DNA of 64,000 bases, from assembly GCA_964610875.1 (NCBI GenBank), contig CAZSWP010000009.1, positions 1 to 64,000 on the forward strand. Direction: 5' to 3'. Shown here in pieces: positions 60,001 to 64,000 of the stretch. A program made the position numbers and the translations under genes. Position 1 is the stretch's first letter. Each line of letters opens with the position of its first letter. The notes under the pieces were generated by a model. It saw nothing but the letters and a program-made list of their open reading frames with translations, searched no databases and was not told where the DNA came from. The DNA is from an uncultured archaeon (GTDB taxonomy: Archaea; Asgardarchaeota; Thorarchaeia; Thorarchaeales; Thorarchaeaceae).

Positions 60001-60869
60001 CATCATCTGCTACCATTGGCACATATAATTTTACGATTAGTGTCGGTGCTATATATTATGACATTGATTCGAATTCGGATTTCTGGGAGATTGACCTTCA
60101 TCTTCTCTCACAAATAACCGGAGAATTATCAAGCTATCCCGATATCATGCCTGGTGAGGAGTTCGTGTTCATATTCGGTTTAGCAGATGAAGATGGTAAT
60201 GCTCTGGTCGGCGAAGATGTACAAGTCTTTCTAAATTCGACTTCTTTAGGCACTTGGACTGTTACAAGTGCAGGAAATAACCGAATAACCCATACACTAC
60301 CAGAATCATGGCCTTCGGGTAATGGGTATTATGTCATACGTGTTGTCTATGCGGGAAGTGGTTCCATTAATGGTTCATCCGAATCGGGTGATAACAGGAT
60401 GCATGTTTTCGTAGATATTGTATTTGCGTCTCCTAGTCCATCACAAACAGCTCCAGATGTGCCATTCATAATAAGTGGAATCCTTGAAGATAGTGATGGA
60501 ATTCCCATAGCAGAACGTACTGTAAGAATCACACTAAACGATTCAATTACGCATGAGATACTGACCAATGATCAAGGATATTATGAATATCCGGTAAACG
60601 AAGGTTACCCTGAAGGATCTCTTTACTCTTACAGTGTTGCTCTATTAGATGCAGAGGGTGCAGTAATAGCATCGGAATCATTCGAGATTCTTATTCAAAC
60701 TGGGCCCGGACTTAGCACAGCTTTGTTAATCATATGGGCTGTAGCTATTGGAGCTGAAGTTGTAATAGCACTGCTTGTTGTATTTCGTACAAAACTCTTT
60801 CAGCGAGGTACTGGAATAGGCAAAAGCAGTGATACAAAAGAAACCAAGAAACCAACATTAGAAAGGTGA
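54051..60869 (+). CDS. giant surface protein: transglutaminase-like domain, tandem Ig-like repeats, N- and C-terminal TM
   Basis: LWRRSAYDAYDG, RELGIPARMVTGY, ~105-aa repeats (TNxTGxYNFxY..IWAxY..LWDNA) and many NxS/T sequons. Confidence 0.88.
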   Translation: MSAAEELAKKKMSKTTIISTLAIVIMLVFSVVTVILIQFDSVRTKTPHTQYEQVADWPYDIDWAGGRSSWFDNINYTDLPLDQELPEDLLEQMENVVFVAEPDAPPQLWRRSAYDAYDGSGWAKTLTGEEPISLISYDTAVSQGNEIYTVYLNITVGPNVGSIELPILFPGIQVIDGTFRTDPDDALLSYEVSTDDYDTLLVSPFLRGETGETVLLSYDVTYENQDLEAIAANALEGISAPPGIANVYSVLPFTPTQRVLDEIDPFRLVGENAYEKARTVEVYFQSQYDLILDEDRVMERPSEGQEVTDWFIERGGGLPMDFATAYCVFMRELGIPARMVTGYAVGDAVDGQRIIRVRHMMFWAEVFIPLSTGDGEWIQVVPIALPSNMGGGELPENTEESQVELLVLQPTWGFRGDTLNFSAILLANMVAISAPEDIYFYDDTDGVEMGAATIQPDMIQGIIPAANISYDIPLDASFGIHNVSATWISPTYSITNYTYFYTVGSASPLSKTTTENGPTSYFTPSETFDINLRQGLDNHIAHWNDTLHVFGVLRDADGNPIDGTTLENDQVLIYWDEDIYGSATVQSDGSYSLDIFVDATDLIRMMVGDHLVWAEYLGEYDSESGLPILLPGRSADNSTVEVRGLPEFTLNSQSIAYRGGNLTYQGTMLLQNGTAFAGETIGLILDGVLVGTSLTDASGNFLENYTIPSGYPTGFSTFQVNWTSPYSLLDGGISVTESVEIVSGATNLTIDSNPKSPDPVHLSENITIFGYLTEAISGDGIVGYTINIYWDNGTGPELIGTPTTVAGGYYEFNFTVPTDYEGTVTYYSEFISSTQQYIDAQSDNMTILVKKYDLAISISVAPNPGHVTEDITIQGVLYLPEFLPTLAVLPNEHLNIWWQNSSGVFNLTGIYTSAVDGTYSYTYNIPLNHAFETVQIWVNYSSPYVEISSNQSIVEFLPVTYFTSNMTIQTNATSNIFYLNETVWISGYLSLENGSALTSALVNVSWTNATDTYYYTVYTNGTGWYNFYYNCSVTTDSAGSITVSAIHNNLTRVYDGCSVLLSPNVSLELYQLTIDANTNATEIHQDEVLQFSGTITFDNNGAPLSGGTVVVYYKNNTGTYLFPKVTDAAGNFLFLYNYSINDALGAVYLWARYTSSNPLWDNAESLNRTVNIILYQLTITTLTNSTSYHQDEVVHVYGRLTFSHNGTPLENQPIRVYWNNGTEYYFQWYITNSTGWYNFYYNLSLNDGLGSVDIWATYNNSIGLLDNATSYPGISIDIILYSLTLTTTTDSGTYYLDEVVYVTGQLYRDGVGPVVGETVEIYWFNGTEYIIASRITNTTGYYNFTYVVSTETDDVGSVSIWATYTSTNPLWDNATSYPGVTIDLNLYSLTLTTSTDLSIYHLDESIFVVGRLTFNVNGSPISGASIRLYWNSTGTYFDGIITNSTGYFNFTYDLSPLTDSTGPLTIWATYTASNPLWENASSSPGSTVNIVLYTPIMDIFLNPNPVYLNETIEIAVRLYFSNGTGIAGELVSFYWNNGTEYLITSVSTNALGWANITYDQMDEDAVWTVTIRADFAGNDYVASVQVTDILTLQQWLTYISGFGTGGITDYYLGETIVATGNLYYDTGGSDPPYYNIIVELIFDGLVVATDVTAPDGSFSISWVIPQDTTPGTYDVYVRFNSSLNWIADSAATPISINLDAYYLIWQFDLSRNVVYRGEYIVISGNVTIDNGTAYASQAILLYWIRAGTGGQDELITSVLTQLDGTFSYSLLIEVDANLGTYEFWAGCVPSQPTITASNSSSSFADIELVPVYLTLITNSSVVYRGNTITFSGTLTFGDGISSGNGSAMVGYDVEIFLNDELVATITITNSSGYFTYSHPIAWDQDIGVNFYYGEFLQPSIAFEDEDTSDESRSFEVRDMLTVELDTQTVTIMFRGDTIDVTGIISNQQGGISDVTVELVVDGVGQQIYDITSSTGSFSVSWDVPSSATIGTYNFTISVGAIYYDIDSNSDFWEIDLHLLSQITGELSSYPDIMPGEEFVFIFGLADEDGNALVGEDVQVFLNSTSLGTWTVTSAGNNRITHTLPESWPSGNGYYVIRVVYAGSGSINGSSESGDNRMHVFVDIVFASPSPSQTAPDVPFIISGILEDSDGIPIAERTVRITLNDSITHEILTNDQGYYEYPVNEGYPEGSLYSYSVALLDAEGAVIASESFEILIQTGPGLSTALLIIWAVAIGAEVVIALLVVFRTKLFQRGTGIGKSSDTKETKKPTLER

Positions 60870-61324
60870 TAAAAATGCAACTACTAGAAATCATGATGCC
60901 CGCTGTCGCTTTAACTGGCGCAATCATAGTGGTATTGCTCTACTTGTATTACGTCAAAGGGATGTTTCGAAAGCCTATGAAGACAACTAGTGTTGATATT
61001 CCAGGCAAACTAAGAAACATCAAGAAATTGGCTGATGCAGGAAAGTATGGACAAGCAATTACATTAGCTTATAGAACATTTGAACAGATGTGTGGTACGA
61101 GAATACGTGCTGACCGCTCAAACTCTGAATCAGCAAGAGAATTCATTGAACGGGTTCTCCAGACCTTGCCATTGGATAGCGAGTCTGTAATGGAGTTTGT
61201 GCAAGCCTATGAAGAAGCAAGATTCTCAGGAAAAGAACTCCCTCGGGAAAGATATGAGTTTGCAATCAAAGTATTCTCTGATCTATATCCCCGTGTAGAG
61301 GGTGGATCAATTACCAGTAGATAA
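60866..61324 (+). CDS. DUF4129-like protein
   Basis: TM, then AY..SESAREF..YEEARFS. Confidence 0.75.
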   Translation: MIKMQLLEIMMPAVALTGAIIVVLLYLYYVKGMFRKPMKTTSVDIPGKLRNIKKLADAGKYGQAITLAYRTFEQMCGTRIRADRSNSESAREFIERVLQTLPLDSESVMEFVQAYEEARFSGKELPRERYEFAIKVFSDLYPRVEGGSITSR

Positions 61325-61344
61325 AAGATGATAACTATGTATGT

Positions 61345-62739
61345 TTGGTGAAGTCAATGGGTGTTAAGGAAGCGCTACAAATCACATTATTTATCCTATC
61401 TTGGGTGCCAATTGGTTTCTTGGTAGTAACTCCTCTATTACCATATGATTCAAGCTTTACTCATGACTTCTCGATATACAATACAGAATGGAACGGAATG
61501 AGTGATTTTAGAGAACAAATAGAGAGTGATGGCTATACTACCCAGACCATTCAATCGTCAATGAGTGTTATCACAAGGACCAATGGTAGTGGGGTATTGT
61601 TTATTGTTGGGCCTGTAAGAGACTTTTCGATAGATACGCTAACAATCTTCAATCATCTAATGGCAGGAGGTTCAGTTGTTATAGCTGACGACTTTGGTAC
61701 AGCTAATAGTTCTCTTGCGCTCTTGAACACCTTCTTTGGCGGTTTTGGTGGTTTGGAGAGTCAACTACAGGGTGCTGGTGTAACCGGTATTCTGTCTTTT
61801 GCAGACGGTGTTTTACTTGATTTGGATTCCTACGATCGAAGTCCAAAACTTCCTGTTATCACTGACCTTAGGCCGCATCCTCTAACCCAAGGTGTGACGA
61901 ATATTCACCTGAATAATGCAACAGCTATCACACCTACAAGCGTCTTGGGTGCATTGGGTATTGCATGGACAACTAATCGTGCTTGGTGCGACCGTAATGT
62001 AACACTTGAGAATCCATCTCCAGATGGTAACGAGTTGAACGGAAGTTTACCTGTTATTGGTGCCCTTGATATGAGTTCAGTTGGGACTTCCGGAGGCAAA
62101 TTAATTGCTATCTCTGATCCGAGTATATTCATCAATGATATGTATGATCGATTTGCAGGCAACCGACAACTTGCTAGCAATATCGTCGATTGGTGTACTG
62201 ATGGCAATACATCAATCCCCATAGTATTCTGTGAGCAGCTTCTAGCCACACCAATTCTCTCCGGTGAATTCCTATTTGGGTCTTTTATGGGTCGCATTTT
62301 TTGGGCATCTACAAGCTTCTTTCTTGCTCCTGCTTACCCCTTAATGACTGCTATAGGTATCAAAAAATATCTACCAGATATTCAAAATCCCGAGGTGAGA
62401 AGTGTTTCTGAAGTATTCCTAAGGAAAGGAAGGACGTACTTCAGTGAAAGGATGTCCTACTACAGGTCTGAAGGCAACTACGCTAGGGTGGTGAAAATGC
62501 TTTACCGTCGACTACGACGGGAGACTCGACGAAAATATCAATGGACCGAATTTAAGACTGATCAAGTCTGGGAGCTAATGAAATACAAAGACTCGAAATT
62601 AAAGGAACAAGAATTCTTCAAAGTAATTGACAGGATTGAGGAAATATCCCAAAAACAGGATATGAGAATAAAAGAGGGTGAGATGATGTCCCTCTTTTTC
62701 TTCATGCGTAATATTCAGAATAAATTAATTGAATCATAA
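61345..62739 (+). CDS. DUF4350-like membrane protein
   Basis: SIYNTEWNGMSDF, GGSVVIADDFG and SDPSIFINDM. Confidence 0.8.
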   Translation: MVKSMGVKEALQITLFILSWVPIGFLVVTPLLPYDSSFTHDFSIYNTEWNGMSDFREQIESDGYTTQTIQSSMSVITRTNGSGVLFIVGPVRDFSIDTLTIFNHLMAGGSVVIADDFGTANSSLALLNTFFGGFGGLESQLQGAGVTGILSFADGVLLDLDSYDRSPKLPVITDLRPHPLTQGVTNIHLNNATAITPTSVLGALGIAWTTNRAWCDRNVTLENPSPDGNELNGSLPVIGALDMSSVGTSGGKLIAISDPSIFINDMYDRFAGNRQLASNIVDWCTDGNTSIPIVFCEQLLATPILSGEFLFGSFMGRIFWASTSFFLAPAYPLMTAIGIKKYLPDIQNPEVRSVSEVFLRKGRTYFSERMSYYRSEGNYARVVKMLYRRLRRETRRKYQWTEFKTDQVWELMKYKDSKLKEQEFFKVIDRIEEISQKQDMRIKEGEMMSLFFFMRNIQNKLIES

Positions 62740-62757
62740 TGAGGTGGAACATAAAAA

Positions 62758-63744
62758 ATGACATCTGAAGCGACTCTGCCAGAAGCGGAAGACATTGGCC
62801 CCCCAATGTCCATTCAAGAAGTTCATACTCTGTCTTCAGAGATAATCCGTGAATGTCAGAGGGTAATTGTTGGAAAAGGTGATTTGATGGCAGATGTGCT
62901 TACAGCATTTCTGTCTGATGGTCACGTAGTATTGGAAGGTGTACCTGGTCTTGCAAAGACATACATGGCTCGAACTTTCGCATCTATTCTGGGTTGTGCT
63001 TTCAAACGAATCCAGTTGACAGTTGACACTCTTCCTGCAGACCTACTTGGTAGTAACGTCTTTAATCAGAGTACGGGCGAATTCTGGTTTCGGAAAGGTC
63101 CTGTCTTCTCAAATCTTGTCCTAGCAGATGAGATTAATCGTTGCCCACCAAAATCACAGAGTGCTCTGTTAGAGGTCATGGAAGAACGTCAGGTATCAAC
63201 TGAGGGTGTTACAAGGAAGCTACCACTCCCCTTCTTGATTATTGCGACTCAAAATCCAGTAGAGCAAGAAGGTACCTACCCATTACCAGAAGCACAACTT
63301 GACCGGTTCATGTTCAGAATCATTCTGGACTATCCTACTGCTGCAGAAGAAGCTGAGGTAATCAGACGGAAACACATCGGTGAGGTCACTGACCTTCGAG
63401 TTCTTGCAGATCCTGATAAAATAGTAAGGATGCATCAAGCTTGTAGAACCGTCTTTCTTGATGAGGATATCATCAGCTACATTCGTGATATCATTGTAAG
63501 AACAAGAAATGATCCGCAGATTCTCTTAGGCGGCTCTCCACGTGCTTCTCTTGTATTAATGAATGCATCAAAGACAAGGGCTGCTATGCATGGACGTGAA
63601 TATGTTGTACCTGAAGATGTTCGCAAACTCTGTATACAAGCTCTAAATCATCGATTGATGCTGAAACCAGAAGCTGAACTCGAAGGTCTGACGGTTGAAC
63701 GTGTAGTAAGCAAAATACTAGGTGAAGTTGACTGTCCAAGATAA
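62758..63744 (+). CDS. moxR: MoxR-family AAA+ ATPase
   Basis: GVPGLAKT, ADEINR, ATQNPVE and LPEAQLDRF. Confidence 0.96.
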   Translation: MTSEATLPEAEDIGPPMSIQEVHTLSSEIIRECQRVIVGKGDLMADVLTAFLSDGHVVLEGVPGLAKTYMARTFASILGCAFKRIQLTVDTLPADLLGSNVFNQSTGEFWFRKGPVFSNLVLADEINRCPPKSQSALLEVMEERQVSTEGVTRKLPLPFLIIATQNPVEQEGTYPLPEAQLDRFMFRIILDYPTAAEEAEVIRRKHIGEVTDLRVLADPDKIVRMHQACRTVFLDEDIISYIRDIIVRTRNDPQILLGGSPRASLVLMNASKTRAAMHGREYVVPEDVRKLCIQALNHRLMLKPEAELEGLTVERVVSKILGEVDCPR

Positions 63745-63772
63745 CACAAATACTTCGGAGAGCGAAAAGACA

Positions 63773-64000
63773 TTGATAACACGTAGAGGATTTGTAGTGG
63801 TCTTCGGTGGAGTACTCCTCTTGACAAGTGGATTTGCATTCGTCAATTTCTATCTAACATTAATTGGAGTATATCTTATTGTAGGTTTAGTGATTACTCT
63901 TCCTCTATTCGCTTCAACTGCTAATCTCTCCGGAATTGTGGTTGAGCGGTCTATAGATAAAGTAAAAGTCTTCTCAGGAGATTTTTTGCGGGTCCGGGTG
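63773..64000 (+). CDS. DUF58 family protein, N-terminal part (truncated by the window)
   Basis: TTG start, MITRRGF, two TM helices, VERSIDKVKVFSGD; position directly after moxR. Confidence 0.7.
   Translation, partial: MITRRGFVVVFGGVLLLTSGFAFVNFYLTLIGVYLIVGLVITLPLFASTANLSGIVVERSIDKVKVFSGDFLRVRV

Noticed and set aside
1-64000. Genome-wide stop-codon reassignment (TAG or TGA)
   Set aside because: Conserved genes end at their expected lengths with TAG (rpl21e, rpl40e) and TGA (rpl37e, sucD, pth2).

Overview
Archaeal chromosomal window, most likely an Asgard archaeon (Thorarchaeia-like). This is inferred from L38e, Alba, aCPSF1, SepF and longin-domain fusions. Bases ~0.2-21.8 kb are accessory: an RHH regulator/ARPP-1 pair, a Zn-finger paralogue pair, TPR and GNAT genes, a longin-V4R signalling cluster, a secreted CUB-PPC clan-CD peptidase, asnA/Lrp, a penicillin acylase and several genes broken by in-frame stops. 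Bases ~21.9-53.9 kb are housekeeping: rpl37e, Sm, aCPSF1, psmB, ksgA, rpo4, rpl21e, pus10, pth2, truD, alba, rpl38e, rpl40e, sucCD, thrC and others. The window ends in a MoxR/DUF58/DUF4350/DUF4129 operon led by a 2272-aa Ig-repeat surface protein whose transglutaminase triad appears lost. There are four tRNA genes, three with non-canonical introns. The most striking unexplained signal is a dispersed ~108-nt structured non-coding element in three diverged copies (15675-15782 +, 21211-21317 -, 34405-34513 +). It shows compensatory stem changes, pseudoknots, its own TATA box and an invariant 3' end (TACAATGAACGGT) followed by unrelated flank. Two copies sit in a ~187-bp GG(T)-bounded cassette that resembles a non-autonomous IS607/OMEGA-like guide-RNA element. 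One copy split the penicillin acylase 5' end and supplies a new in-frame ATG.
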